Notes: generated by a model not told the origin, from the sequence alone. A stretch of 64,000 nt of DNA from an uncultured Verrucomicrobiae bacterium (GCA_963764165.1 CAVXRD010000005.1:29651-93650), one strand, 5' to 3'. Shown: positions 27,108 to 37,456, numbered from the stretch's first letter. Numbers and translations: made by a program.

Positions 27108-27240
27108 ACGACGGGACGGATGACAGGAGGCTTCTGCCTTCGCGCTTTGGCGGGTGGGCGAGCAACAGGTCAAATTATGGGGCTGACGCTTGCGCATGGG
27201 AGATATTCGGCTCTTCGACCACGAGGCGCGATTTCCTGAC

Positions 27241-27269
27241 TTGCTTGGTTGCGCGCTGCCGATTATGTT
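27241..27269 (+). promoter_or_regulatory. Putative sigma70 promoter of a leaderless transcript
   Basis: TTGCTT-N17-TATGTT, 6 nt before ATG 27276; no Shine-Dalgarno sequence. Confidence 0.5.
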
Positions 27270-27275
27270 TCTGTC

Positions 27276-27497
27276 ATGGTTATCATACGATTTGCCGATC
27301 AAGAGTCCAAAAGGAAGGCTCTCGGTTACATCGCCAGGCGCTTCTCCGGCAAGAGTTGGTCTACGGGCGAAGTGATGGTGCCCGAAGCGGCTTTGCCCGT
27401 GCTCGCCGCAGAATGCTTCCAGTTCACTGTCGAAGGTCCGGCCACTTATGAGCGCCTCACGTCGTTACGAGATACTCCTGCCGCTGCGGTTCAATGA
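27276..27497 (+). CDS. Small hypothetical protein, first gene of a TA-like pair
   Basis: 73 aa MVIIRFADQESKRKALGY...; overlaps the next ORF. Confidence 0.6.
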   Translation: MVIIRFADQESKRKALGYIARRFSGKSWSTGEVMVPEAALPVLAAECFQFTVEGPATYERLTSLRDTPAAAVQ

Positions 27498-27651
27498 CGG
27501 GCAATCGGTGCCAGACGCGCTCATCTCCGACACGCTCATTGAATTGGAAAACCACTTTGGCGCGGTTTCGTGGGAAACTCAGGTCATTCGCGGGCGGTGG
27601 CGGCATGAGGAAGATGTCTTTTCTGACGATTTGATGCGGATCTGTGTGTGA
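27448..27651 (+). pseudogene. Small hypothetical protein, probably 3'-truncated
   Basis: RRYEILLPLRFNDGQSVPD...ETQVIRGRW...DDLMRICV*; ends abruptly at a TGTGTGTGA junction; similar proteins as I recall them are ~100 aa. Confidence 0.5.
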
Positions 27652-27835
27652 AAGGGTCCTAGAAAAGTGACAATTCAATTGTGGCTTTGGCGGCGGTAGC
27701 CGTTTTGGTAAATTTGACCGGAATGAAATATGGAATTTTCTAGGACTGCCCTTTCACTTTTCTTTCAACACAACATACGACCAACCAGCCCTATAAAAAC
27801 TTGAGGTTTCCGCAGAGCCGCGCACAATCCTTCCC

Positions 27836-29656
27836 GTGAACCGACTTCACATTTTCCGGGGAATCGCGGTGGTGGCTTTGGCATTTTGCGCCATGGGCGC
27901 AATGGGCGATTCAACTGAACCCCAACACCCCGGCTCCGACGAACTGATTAACTTCAGCCTGCTGGATTATAAGGGCAGATATTACGAATTGCGGCGGGTG
28001 GATGCCCGGGCGGTCGTTTTGTTTTTCACCGGCAATGGCTGCCCGGTCGCGCGGCAGAGCATCGAGAAACTCAAGTCGTTGCGAGAGCGCTATGCGGAGA
28101 AAGGCGTGGCCGTTTGGATGATCAACTCCGTGGCCGGGGATGATCGCGATAGCATCGAAAAGGAAGCCCAGGAATTTAAAGAGAATCCGCTTCCGGTGTT
28201 GATTGACGAAACCCAGGAAATCGCCCGCTTGCTGGAAGTGAAGCGGACTGCGGAAACGATCTGCATCAGCACGGCCAATTGGAAGGTCTTCTATCGCGGC
28301 GCGCTTGACGATCAATTGGCCGAGGGCGCTCAGAAGCCCGAGCCGGCCGAAAAATACGTCGAAACGGCGCTGGATCAGTTTTTGGCGTCGGAGAGCATCA
28401 CGCGGCCCAGCACGGTGGGGCGCGGATGCCTGATCACCTACACGGCGCCCGAGGGACACGGGGCGGGGCCGGTTTGGTACACCAAGGAAATCGCCCCCTT
28501 GCTTCAAAGCAAATGCGTGGTGTGCCATTCCCCCGGCAATATCGGCCCCTTCGCCATGTCGAGCTATCAAAAAGTAAAAGGGCGCGCGGATATGATCCGA
28601 GAGGTGCTGGTTGACCGGAGGATGCCGCCGTGGGATGCCGACCCGCGTTTTGGCCACTTCTCAAATGACCGCTCGATGACCGTAGCGCAAACGAAGACGT
28701 TGCTGCGCTGGATTGATGAAGGCGCTCCACAGGATGCGGGGCCTGATCCTTTGGCGCAATCTGTGCCGGAGTCGCCGCGCTGGCCGATGGGCCAGCCTGA
28801 TTACATCATCAAGCTGCCGGTTCCCCAGCAAATCCCGGCGACCGGCGTTTTCGAATACCGCTACGTCGATGTTCCTTCGCCAGTGACCAATGACGTCTGG
28901 CTGGCGGGGGCTGTTTTTCGGCCGGACAACCACCGGGTGGTTCATCATTTGATTGTCCGCGCCAAATATGAAAAGACGCCGAAACAGGCCAAAGATGATG
29001 TTTTTCTGACCGGCTGGGCGCCGGGCATTGATTACTGGGCGTATCCCGAAGGAACGGGGAAATTTCTGGGCAAGGGAGCGACGCTGAATTTTGAACTGCA
29101 CTACACCGCCGATGGCAAGCCCGAGACGGACCAAAGCGAGCTGGGCCTTTATGTGATGAAGTCGCCGCCCAAACTAGCCCTGCAAACGACCGCCGCCGTG
29201 AACTGGGACCTGGTGGTGCCGCCGCATGAGGCGGAAGCGCCCAGCTACGCCATCTGCGGATTTGACCACGAAACGGTGCTTTATGATTTGGCGCCGCACA
29301 TGCACCTGCGGGGCGCGTGGTTCAAATTCGAGGCTCTTTACCCAACTGGCAAGCGGGAAACGCTGCTCTCGGTGCCGCGCTATGATTTCAACTGGCAAAC
29401 CATTTACCGCCTGGCCGAACCCAAAGTGATGCCGGCCGGCTCGTGGATTTTTTGCACCGGCGGCTTTGATAATTCCACGCGGAACCCAGCCAATCCCAAT
29501 CCCGACAAACGAATCAAGTGGGGGGACCAATCGTTTGACGAAATGTTTATAGGATTTATGGATGTGGCGAAATTGCCTTCCGCGAAAAGCTCGGCCAAAC
29601 AGGATCGGGCGGAAGTGGAAGCGGGAACAGAGACGGGCCGCGCTCTCAGCCAGTAG
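27836..29656 (+). CDS. Exported redoxin + c-type cytochrome + copper monooxygenase-like fusion protein
   Basis: Signal peptide, redoxin (FTGNGCP, YRGALDD), CVVCH heme motif, VVHH, HY, PHMHLRG, DEMFIG. Confidence 0.8.
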   Translation: MNRLHIFRGIAVVALAFCAMGAMGDSTEPQHPGSDELINFSLLDYKGRYYELRRVDARAVVLFFTGNGCPVARQSIEKLKSLRERYAEKGVAVWMINSVAGDDRDSIEKEAQEFKENPLPVLIDETQEIARLLEVKRTAETICISTANWKVFYRGALDDQLAEGAQKPEPAEKYVETALDQFLASESITRPSTVGRGCLITYTAPEGHGAGPVWYTKEIAPLLQSKCVVCHSPGNIGPFAMSSYQKVKGRADMIREVLVDRRMPPWDADPRFGHFSNDRSMTVAQTKTLLRWIDEGAPQDAGPDPLAQSVPESPRWPMGQPDYIIKLPVPQQIPATGVFEYRYVDVPSPVTNDVWLAGAVFRPDNHRVVHHLIVRAKYEKTPKQAKDDVFLTGWAPGIDYWAYPEGTGKFLGKGATLNFELHYTADGKPETDQSELGLYVMKSPPKLALQTTAAVNWDLVVPPHEAEAPSYAICGFDHETVLYDLAPHMHLRGAWFKFEALYPTGKRETLLSVPRYDFNWQTIYRLAEPKVMPAGSWIFCTGGFDNSTRNPANPNPDKRIKWGDQSFDEMFIGFMDVAKLPSAKSSAKQDRAEVEAGTETGRALSQ

Positions 29657-29724
29657 GTTTCGTTGTCCCCATTCGCCGCCCACAGATGAATGGGAATTTG
29701 AAGCCGCAATTCCTTTAGGGAAGG

Positions 29725-29876
29725 ATTGAATCAGGCACGAGCGAACTCAGGAACGGAGGCCGGTTTCGCGGGCCATGCGATGGGCAGAATGCGACTGAAT
29801 GGGACATATGTTATTGAGATGCGCGCGAGACCTGCTTCAGCCTCTTTTCCTGTGTTCGGTCGTTCCTGATTAAAAT
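29725..29876. repeat. MITE/REPIN-like element (family C, copy 2, inverted relative to copy 1)
   Basis: AATCAGGCACGAGCGAACTCAGGAACGGAGGC...GTTCGGTCGTTCCTGATTAAAA; interior matches the reverse complement of copy 1 (AAGCAG.TCTC, ATATGTCCCAT). Confidence 0.82.
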
Positions 29877-29983
29877 AAATCCAGATTAAAATTCATTGCC
29901 CCCGTTGCGCCGACGGCGTTATGCTCGCCCGCCGTGACCGGTAGGAAAACCAAGCCAGATTCCGTGACGCGGCCTAATTATAT

Positions 29984-32266
29984 ATGGTAGCCATGCGCCA
30001 GCGAATGATCCGCACTGCCCTTTTGTGCGCCGCCGTCGGCCTCGCTTCCGCTGCCCGGGCGGATACGATTCTTGGCTTTTCGCCCACCAATTCCGAAGCT
30101 GAGGTGAAATTGGAGAAATCCTTCCGCGCCGCGCCTGATCCGGAGAAACTGCGCGAATACATGGAGCGTTTGGCAGCGCATCCGCATCACGTCGGCTCTC
30201 CTTACGACAAGGAGAATGCCGAATGGCTTCAGGCGCAGATGAAATCGTGGGGATGGGATTCAACCATCGAAACTTTCAACGTTCTTTTCCCAACGCCCAA
30301 AACCCGCGTTTTGGAGATGGTGTCGCCCGTTCACTACGTGCCGTCGCTCAAGGAGCTGGCGCTGCCAGTGGATCCAACGACCAGTCAAGCAGACGAGCAG
30401 CTTCCGACTTACAACGCGTATTCCACCGATGGCGACGTGACCGCGCCGCTCGTTTATGTGAATTACGGTTTGCCGGAGGATTACAGGGAATTGGATCGCC
30501 TCGGCATTTCCGTCAAGGGCGCGATTGTGATTGCCAAATACGGGCGTTCCTGGCGCGGCATCAAACCAAAGGTGGCCGCCGAGCATGGCGCTGTCGGCTG
30601 TATATTATATTCCGATCCGAAGGACGACGGTTACACGGCGGGCGATGTTTTCCCGGACGGCCCGATGCGCAACACCAACGGCGTTCAGCGCGGCAGCGTG
30701 ATGGATTTTCCATCCACAAGTCCGGGTGATCCCTTGACCCCGGGCTTCGGCGCGGTGGAGGGCGCGAAGCGTCTGGATCTGAAAGCTGTCCCCGGCATTA
30801 CGAAAATTCCTGTCCTGCCGATTGCCAACGGCGAAGCGTGGCCGCTCCTTGCCCAGCTTAAAGGCGAGGTTGTGCCCGAGGCATGGCGCGGCTCGCTGCC
30901 GATCACCTATCACATTGGGCCGGGCCCGGCGGTGGTTCATTTGAAATTGGAATTCAATTGGGATTTGAAGCCTGTTCACGATGTCGTTTCTCGCATTGCC
31001 GGTTCGACGGCGGCGGATGAGTGGATTGTCCGCGGCAACCATGACGATGGATGGGTGAACGGCGCTTATGATCCCATTTCCGGCCAGGTTTGTTTGCTGG
31101 AGGAAGCGCGCGAATTGGGCCGCATGGCCAAGTCGGGCTGGAAGCCGCGCCGCACGATTATTTATTGCTCGTGGGATGGCGAGGAGCCGGGGCTGCTCGG
31201 CTCAACCGAATGGGTCGAGACTCACGCTGACGAACTCCGCCAGCACGCCGTGGCTTACGTGAATTCTGACGATACCAGCCGCGGCTTTTTGTCGCTGAGC
31301 GGTTCCCATATTCTCGGAAGTTTAATCAACGGCGTTGCCAAGGAAGTCGAAGATCCCGAGACGAAACTCACGCTTTGGAAGCGCGCTCAAGCGCTGGAAA
31401 TATCGCAGACAGCAAACGCCGCCGAACGCCGCGACTTGCGCGCCGGCCACGATCTTCCGCTTGAAGCGCTTGGTTCCGGAAGTGATTATACTGCCTTCGT
31501 CGATTTTCTCGGCGTGCCATCGCTGAGCCTCGAATTTCACGGCGAAGGCGGCGATGGGGTTTACCATTCCATCTACGATGATTTTTATTGGTATACGCAT
31601 TTCGCCGACACGAATTTCGCCTACGGACGCGCGCTGGCCCAAACCATCGGCACCACCGTCTTGCGCTTGGCGGATGCGGATGTCATTCCCTACGAATTTG
31701 GCGGATTAGCCAGCACAGTCACGAAATATACCGAGGATTTGCAATCGCTGCTGAAGAAGAAACAGGAGGAAATGGAGGAGCGCAAAAAGGAAATTGAGGA
31801 AGGTGTTTTCGCCGCCATTTCCGACCCGCACCATCCAAAGACCGCGCCCAAAGATGAACCAGTCCCGCCGGAACTCAATTTCGCCCCTCTTCTCAATGCG
31901 GGCAAAGCTTTGTCCGCGAGTGCCGCCCATTATGAGAAGGCGTTTGCCAAGGCGCGCCCCTATTTTGGCGAGGCGGCCAAGGCGGCGACGGTCGCTGAGC
32001 TGAATCAAATTCTCTTGCAGGCCGAGCGCCGATTGACGGACCCGGCCGGCTTGCCGCGCCGTCCGTGGTACAAGCATATGCTGTATGCGCCGGGAATTTA
32101 CTCCGGCTACGGCGCGAAGACAATGCCGGGCGTGCGCGAAGGCATCGAATTCGGGCATTACGACGAGGCGGAAAAGGAAATCGCGCGCGTGGCGAAGGTG
32201 GTCGAAGCGGAATCCGCTTTGATTGACTCGGCGACGAAGATTCTGGAACGGGTGGCTGGGCCATGA
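29984..32266 (+). CDS. M28 metallopeptidase, glutamate carboxypeptidase II-like (PA + TfR dimerisation domains)
   Basis: Signal peptide, YVNYG, GNHDDGW, YDPISG, WDGEEPGLLGSTEW, GSGSDY, YHSIYD. Confidence 0.92.
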   Translation: MVAMRQRMIRTALLCAAVGLASAARADTILGFSPTNSEAEVKLEKSFRAAPDPEKLREYMERLAAHPHHVGSPYDKENAEWLQAQMKSWGWDSTIETFNVLFPTPKTRVLEMVSPVHYVPSLKELALPVDPTTSQADEQLPTYNAYSTDGDVTAPLVYVNYGLPEDYRELDRLGISVKGAIVIAKYGRSWRGIKPKVAAEHGAVGCILYSDPKDDGYTAGDVFPDGPMRNTNGVQRGSVMDFPSTSPGDPLTPGFGAVEGAKRLDLKAVPGITKIPVLPIANGEAWPLLAQLKGEVVPEAWRGSLPITYHIGPGPAVVHLKLEFNWDLKPVHDVVSRIAGSTAADEWIVRGNHDDGWVNGAYDPISGQVCLLEEARELGRMAKSGWKPRRTIIYCSWDGEEPGLLGSTEWVETHADELRQHAVAYVNSDDTSRGFLSLSGSHILGSLINGVAKEVEDPETKLTLWKRAQALEISQTANAAERRDLRAGHDLPLEALGSGSDYTAFVDFLGVPSLSLEFHGEGGDGVYHSIYDDFYWYTHFADTNFAYGRALAQTIGTTVLRLADADVIPYEFGGLASTVTKYTEDLQSLLKKKQEEMEERKKEIEEGVFAAISDPHHPKTAPKDEPVPPELNFAPLLNAGKALSASAAHYEKAFAKARPYFGEAAKAATVAELNQILLQAERRLTDPAGLPRRPWYKHMLYAPGIYSGYGAKTMPGVREGIEFGHYDEAEKEIARVAKVVEAESALIDSATKILERVAGP

Positions 32267-32379
32267 CGCGAGATTTGTGACGATTCAGCGTTGATAATTT
32301 GCGAGACGTTCCCTTATGCTGCCAAAGTCTGTGGCGCCCGGGCGCCCGCTCTCGAAACCAAGAAAAAACAGGTTCACGC

Positions 32380-33591
32380 ATGACAAAAAAACATTTGTTT
32401 GACAATGGACGCAAGACACGCGGCGGGCTTTGGCCTATTGCCGGATTGGTCTGCGCGCTACTGGTGGCCGGTTGCGGGAAGTCCAACGATGCACCCGCAG
32501 GCGGCGGAACTGCTGCTGCCGGCGCGACGGGCGGCGAGATCAAGATTGGCGAATTCGCCTCGCTCACCGGCAAGGAAGGGACCTTCGGGGTCTCCTCCCA
32601 TGAAGGAACCTTGCTGGCCGTCGAGCAAATCAATGCCGCGGGCGGCGTTCTCGGCAAAAAACTGAACCTCACCACGGAAGACGATCTTTCCAAAGCGGGC
32701 GAACCCGCCACGGCTGTCAACAAGCTGATTTCCCGTGATGGCGTGGTTGCCGTCCTGGGTGAAGTCGCGTCGAGCCGCTCCTTGGAAGCCGCGCCAATTT
32801 GCCAGAGCAGCCAGATTCCGATGATTTCGCCCTCATCCACCAACCCCAAGGTGACAGCGACCGGCGATTATATTTTCCGCGTCTGTTTCATCGACCCTTT
32901 CCAGGGAACGGTGATGGCCAACTTCGCCATCAAGACTTTGAAAGCCAAGAAGGTCGCTGTTTTCATTGATGTGAAGAGCGACTACAGCATGGGCCTGGCG
33001 AAATTCTTCAAAGAAGGCTTCACCAAGGCGGGCGGAGAAATCGTTTCAGAATTGGATTACAACGGCGGCGACAAGGATTTCAAAGCGCAATTGACGGAGA
33101 TCAAGTCCAAGGGCGTCGATGCGATTTTCGTTCCTGGGTATTACACAGATGTCGCGCTGATTTGCATTCAAGCCAAACAGCTTAGCATAACGGTGCCGCT
33201 GTTCGGTGGCGACGGCTGGGAATCTCCCGACCTTGTCAACATCGGCAAGGACGCGGTGGAAGGGGATTATTTTTCGACGCACTACGCGCCGGAAGTGGAC
33301 ACGCCGCAAAGCAAGGCATTCGTCGAATCTTACAAAAAGCGTTTCAACGGCAAGGTGCCGGACGCCATGGCCGCCCTCGGCTACGACTCCGTCGCGATTC
33401 TGGCCGATGCCATGAAGCGCGCCGGGACGACCGACGGAGCGAAAGTGCGTGATGCGCTGGCGGCAACCAAGAATTTCGCCTGCGTGACGGGCGTCACGAC
33501 AATCAATGCCCAACGCGATGCGACGAAACCTGCCGTGATCATGCAAGTCAAGAACGGCGGTTTCAAATACGTCGAGACCGTCAATCCCTGA
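32380..33591 (+). CDS. livK: Branched-chain amino acid ABC transporter substrate-binding lipoprotein
   Basis: Lipobox LVAGC, INAAGGVLGK, FRVCFIDPFQG. Confidence 0.9.
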   Translation: MTKKHLFDNGRKTRGGLWPIAGLVCALLVAGCGKSNDAPAGGGTAAAGATGGEIKIGEFASLTGKEGTFGVSSHEGTLLAVEQINAAGGVLGKKLNLTTEDDLSKAGEPATAVNKLISRDGVVAVLGEVASSRSLEAAPICQSSQIPMISPSSTNPKVTATGDYIFRVCFIDPFQGTVMANFAIKTLKAKKVAVFIDVKSDYSMGLAKFFKEGFTKAGGEIVSELDYNGGDKDFKAQLTEIKSKGVDAIFVPGYYTDVALICIQAKQLSITVPLFGGDGWESPDLVNIGKDAVEGDYFSTHYAPEVDTPQSKAFVESYKKRFNGKVPDAMAALGYDSVAILADAMKRAGTTDGAKVRDALAATKNFACVTGVTTINAQRDATKPAVIMQVKNGGFKYVETVNP

Positions 33592-33608
33592 CGCCCGCCT
33601 GAACAAGC

Positions 33609-34520
33609 GTGACCTGGTTTCTGCAACAATCCATCAACGGGCTGGCCCTGGGTTCCATTTACGCGCTGATCGCGTTGGGATACACGATGGTTTACGGCGT
33701 GTTGCGCTTCATCAATTTCGCGCACAGCGACGTGATGATGCTCGGCGCGTTTGCCGCCTTCTTCATTTCGCCGCCGCTGGCGCATATTCTGACACCGCAA
33801 TCATATCCGAGCGCTCTGGCTGTGATGGCGTTTTCGGCCCTGGCCTGCGCTGCGCTGGGAATGCTGATAGAATTTCTCGCTTATCGCCCGTTGCGAAATC
33901 GCCCCAAATTGACGGTTCTGATTACGGCCATTGGCGTATCACTTTTCATCGAGTACACCTGCCAGAACGGCAAAGTTTTCGGCAGCAACACCCGCCCGTT
34001 TCCGAAATTGATTCCTGAAAGAGATTTTCAAATCGGCGGCGTGTCGGTTAACACGGTCGATGTGGCGGTGCTGGTCGTGACAGTTATCTTATTGACGCTG
34101 TTGTGGTGGATTGTTCAACGGACACGCGTCGGCATGGCCATGCGCGCGGTTTCCTTCAATGAGCGGGCGGCGGCGCTGATGGGCGTCAATGTAAACCGAA
34201 TCATCAGCTTCACCTTTGGCCTGGGCTCAGCGCTCGCGGCGGTTGCGGGCGTTTTTTATTCGATGCGCGCGCAAGGCATAGAGCCTCTGATGGGCGTGCA
34301 GCCGGGCTTGCGCGCGTTCACGGCGGCGGTCGTCGGCGGCATCGGGAATCTGCCAGGCGCGGCGCTGGGGGGTGTGGTCCTCGGGTTGTTGGAAACCTTC
34401 GCGGGCGGCGTGCCCTTTCTTTCCAATTATCGTGACGGCATTTCATTTGCGATTTTGATTTTGATCCTCATTTTCAAACCGGCCGGATTGCTCGGCAAAT
34501 CGCAGGTGGAAAAGGTATGA
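33609..34520 (+). CDS. livH: Branched-chain amino acid ABC permease
   Basis: GSIYALIALGYTMVYG..INFAH, GGIGNLPGA. Confidence 0.93.
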   Translation: MTWFLQQSINGLALGSIYALIALGYTMVYGVLRFINFAHSDVMMLGAFAAFFISPPLAHILTPQSYPSALAVMAFSALACAALGMLIEFLAYRPLRNRPKLTVLITAIGVSLFIEYTCQNGKVFGSNTRPFPKLIPERDFQIGGVSVNTVDVAVLVVTVILLTLLWWIVQRTRVGMAMRAVSFNERAAALMGVNVNRIISFTFGLGSALAAVAGVFYSMRAQGIEPLMGVQPGLRAFTAAVVGGIGNLPGAALGGVVLGLLETFAGGVPFLSNYRDGISFAILILILIFKPAGLLGKSQVEKV

Positions 34521-35425
34521 ATGGACGCGGTGGAAAACGCTGGCTGCTCCTCGCGATTCTCGCGGCCGCTGCCGTATCTTATTTTTCGCCCCATTACAAT
34601 CGTTACTACCTGGGTGTCGCCATGGATTGCGGGATCGCCGTCATCATGGCGGTAAGCTTGAACTTGATCAACGGACATACCGGCCAATTCAGTCTCGGCC
34701 ACGCGGGTTTTATGGCAGTGGGCGGATTTATGGGGGCGAAGCTGACGCTGATGACGTCACCCGCCATGTTCCCGGTCAGCCTGATTTTCGGCGGATTGAT
34801 GGCGGCTTTGGTAGGACTGATTGTCGGTGTGCCTTCCCTTCGACTGCGCGGGGATTATCTGGCTATTGTCACGCTGGGGTTTGGCGAGATTATCCGCGTC
34901 ATCTTCCAGAATTCGCAAGCCTTCGGCGCCGCGACGGGTTTGACGGGAATCCCCCGCCTGACCAGTCTCTTTTGGGTATGGGCTGCCGCAGCCATTACGG
35001 TCTATGTCGTAACCAGCCTTGTCAATTCTACTTATGGCCGTGGCTTCATCTGCGTGCATGACGATGAAGTGGCGGCTTCGTCGATCGGAGTGAACCCGGT
35101 GCGTTACAAAGTGACGGCGTTCGTGGTCGGCGCGTTTTTTGCGGGAATTGCGGGCGGACTTTATGCGCATCAGAAAAGCGTGATGCAGCCGGACGGATTC
35201 AATTTCATCAAATCAATCGACTACGTTGTCATGGTCATCATGGGCGGAATGGGGCGGACGGCGGGTGTGATCGCGGCGGCAATTATCCTGACGCTTTTGC
35301 CGGAATTTTTGCGGCAATTTTCTGATTACAGGATGATCATTTATTCGCTGCTCATCATTGGCCTGATGATGGCGCGGCCGCAGGGGTTGTTCACCTTTCG
35401 CAGGAAAAAAACGGCCAGCGTATGA
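34517..35425 (+). CDS. livM: Branched-chain amino acid ABC permease
   Basis: GQFSLGHAGF, LRLRGDYLAIVTLGFGEII. Confidence 0.93.
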   Translation: MNGRGGKRWLLLAILAAAAVSYFSPHYNRYYLGVAMDCGIAVIMAVSLNLINGHTGQFSLGHAGFMAVGGFMGAKLTLMTSPAMFPVSLIFGGLMAALVGLIVGVPSLRLRGDYLAIVTLGFGEIIRVIFQNSQAFGAATGLTGIPRLTSLFWVWAAAAITVYVVTSLVNSTYGRGFICVHDDEVAASSIGVNPVRYKVTAFVVGAFFAGIAGGLYAHQKSVMQPDGFNFIKSIDYVVMVIMGGMGRTAGVIAAAIILTLLPEFLRQFSDYRMIIYSLLIIGLMMARPQGLFTFRRKKTASV

Positions 35426-36210
35426 GCAGCGGACTGGCGCTTGACCATGTGACCATCAAATTCGGCGGCCTGACCGCCGTTTCCGACCTGACGCTGCGGG
35501 TCGACAGCACCGAATTACTTGGCCTTATCGGCCCCAATGGCGCTGGCAAAACGACCGTATTTAATCTTATCACAGGTGTATATTCGCCCACTTCCGGCGC
35601 AATCAGTTTCGACGGCAAACCGACCGCCCGGCTCAAAGCCCCGCAGCTCGCGCGGCTCGGCCTGGCCCGCACCTTTCAAAATATCCGGCTGTTCGGAAGT
35701 TTGAGTGTCTTTGACAATGTTCGCGCGGCGATGCAATTGCATCGCTCCCATGGCGTCATCAACGCCCTCTGGCGCGGCGGCAGTTTTCACGATGCGGAAA
35801 AAACCGTCGCCAGCGAGGTGATGGAAATTCTGGATATTTTCAGCCTGGCCAAATTCCGCGACGAACCGGCCACCAGCCTCCCCTACGGCGCGCAGCGGCG
35901 ATTGGAAATTGTCCGCGCTTTGGCCACCAAGCCAAAACTTCTTCTTCTTGACGAGCCGGCCGCTGGCATGAACCCGACGGAAAAGGTCGAATTGATGAAG
36001 CTGATTCAATTCGTCAAAGACAAATATAAAATTGCCGTGCTGCTGGTCGAGCACGACATGCAGGTCGTCATGGGCATCTGCCAGCGCATTGCCGTTTTGG
36101 ATTACGGCGTGAAAATCGCCGAAGGAACGCCCGCTGAAGTGCGCCAGAATCCGAAAGTCATCGAAGCCTATCTGGGCGACGATCATTTGAAGGAGGGCGG
36201 CCATGCTTGA
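35422..36210 (+). CDS. livG: Branched-chain amino acid ABC ATPase
   Basis: GPNGAGKTT, RTFQNIRLF, LPYG, LDEPAAG. Confidence 0.95.
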   Translation: MSSGLALDHVTIKFGGLTAVSDLTLRVDSTELLGLIGPNGAGKTTVFNLITGVYSPTSGAISFDGKPTARLKAPQLARLGLARTFQNIRLFGSLSVFDNVRAAMQLHRSHGVINALWRGGSFHDAEKTVASEVMEILDIFSLAKFRDEPATSLPYGAQRRLEIVRALATKPKLLLLDEPAAGMNPTEKVELMKLIQFVKDKYKIAVLLVEHDMQVVMGICQRIAVLDYGVKIAEGTPAEVRQNPKVIEAYLGDDHLKEGGHA

Positions 36211-36916
36211 AGTAAAGAATCTAACCGTCAATTACGGCGCGATTTGCGCGTTGCGCGGCATTTCGCTCGAAGTGAAGCAGGGTGAAATCGTCACGCTGAT
36301 CGGCGCCAACGGGGCCGGGAAAACGACCACACTGCGGGCGATTTCAGGAATGGTGAAACCGGCCAGCGGCGAAATCATTTATCAGGGAGAAAACATCTCC
36401 GGCCGCCCAGCCCATAAGATTGTCAAAATGGGTTTGTCCCATGTGCCGGAAGGCCGGATGGTCTTTGCGAATTTAACGGTTTGGGAGAATCTGGTCATGG
36501 GCGCGTGGCTGCAAAAAGACAAGGCCGGCCAGCGCAAGGACATGGATTACGTCTATTCCGTTTTCCCGAGATTGAAGGAGCGCCGGGAGCAGGTCGCGGG
36601 CACGCTTTCAGGCGGCGAGCAGCAGATGCTGGCCATCGGGCGCGCCTTGATGAGCCGGCCGAAATTCCTGATGCTGGATGAGCCGTCTCTTGGCATCGCT
36701 CCACTTCTGGTCAAGACGATTTTTGAAAAGATTGTCGAGATCAACCGAGAGCAGGGCCTGACCATTTTGCTGGTGGAGCAGAACGCGAATCTCGCCCTCG
36801 AAATTTCGCGCTACGGCTGTGTGCTGGAGACAGGCGAGATTATTCTTCGCGACAAGTCTTCCGCCCTGCGGGAAAACCCGCGTGTGCGCGCGGCCTACTT
36901 GGGCGGCAGCGTGTAG
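36203..36916 (+). CDS. livF: Branched-chain amino acid ABC ATPase
   Basis: GANGAGKTT, VPEGR, LSGGEQQMLA, LDEPSLG. Confidence 0.95.
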   Translation: MLEVKNLTVNYGAICALRGISLEVKQGEIVTLIGANGAGKTTTLRAISGMVKPASGEIIYQGENISGRPAHKIVKMGLSHVPEGRMVFANLTVWENLVMGAWLQKDKAGQRKDMDYVYSVFPRLKERREQVAGTLSGGEQQMLAIGRALMSRPKFLMLDEPSLGIAPLLVKTIFEKIVEINREQGLTILLVEQNANLALEISRYGCVLETGEIILRDKSSALRENPRVRAAYLGGSV

Positions 36917-37022
36917 GATGGTTGATTGGATTTCCTCCGATTGCCATTTTCGGGATACAGATGGACACGATGGCAACGACGCGGACTTGCCATCGCCGTG
37001 ATTTTATGACCACTATTGCCAC

Positions 37023-37244
37023 ATGAAGAAAGAGTTCGTGTTTCAAATCGAACTGGATGACGACATGCTGGTTGCGACCTGTCACGAACCGGAAATGGCG
37101 ACTCAGGGAGAAAATCTCGACGAACTTCCCGCCATGATTCGCGATCTCATCCGTTGCCGGTTTGACGATGGCGATGAGCGCCTGACCTGGCCGATTCGCC
37201 TTCATTTCCTCCACGACCCTGTTTTGTCCGCGCCGTTGGCGTGA
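37023..37244 (+). CDS. HicB-like antitoxin
   Basis: LVATC...ATQGENLDEL..MIRDLI; GTGA overlap with hicA. Confidence 0.75.
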   Translation: MKKEFVFQIELDDDMLVATCHEPEMATQGENLDELPAMIRDLIRCRFDDGDERLTWPIRLHFLHDPVLSAPLA

Positions 37245-37456
37245 AGCTCCCTCGCGACCTTTCCGGCGATGAGGTGTGTCGCGCATTGAAGCGCCTCGGC
37301 TTTGAATTTGTCCGGCAGACGGGTTCACATCGGCATTACGCAAAAGATGGCTTGCACCCTTGCGTGCCCATGCACCGGGAGATAAAACCGAAAACGCTCC
37401 AATCCATTTTGAAGCAAGCCAACATCACCATCGAAGAATTATTGGAAAATCTTTGA
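37241..37456 (+). CDS. hicA: HicA-family mRNA interferase toxin
   Basis: LKRLGFEFVRQTGSH, VPMH, TLQSILKQA. Confidence 0.9.
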   Translation: MKLPRDLSGDEVCRALKRLGFEFVRQTGSHRHYAKDGLHPCVPMHREIKPKTLQSILKQANITIEELLENL

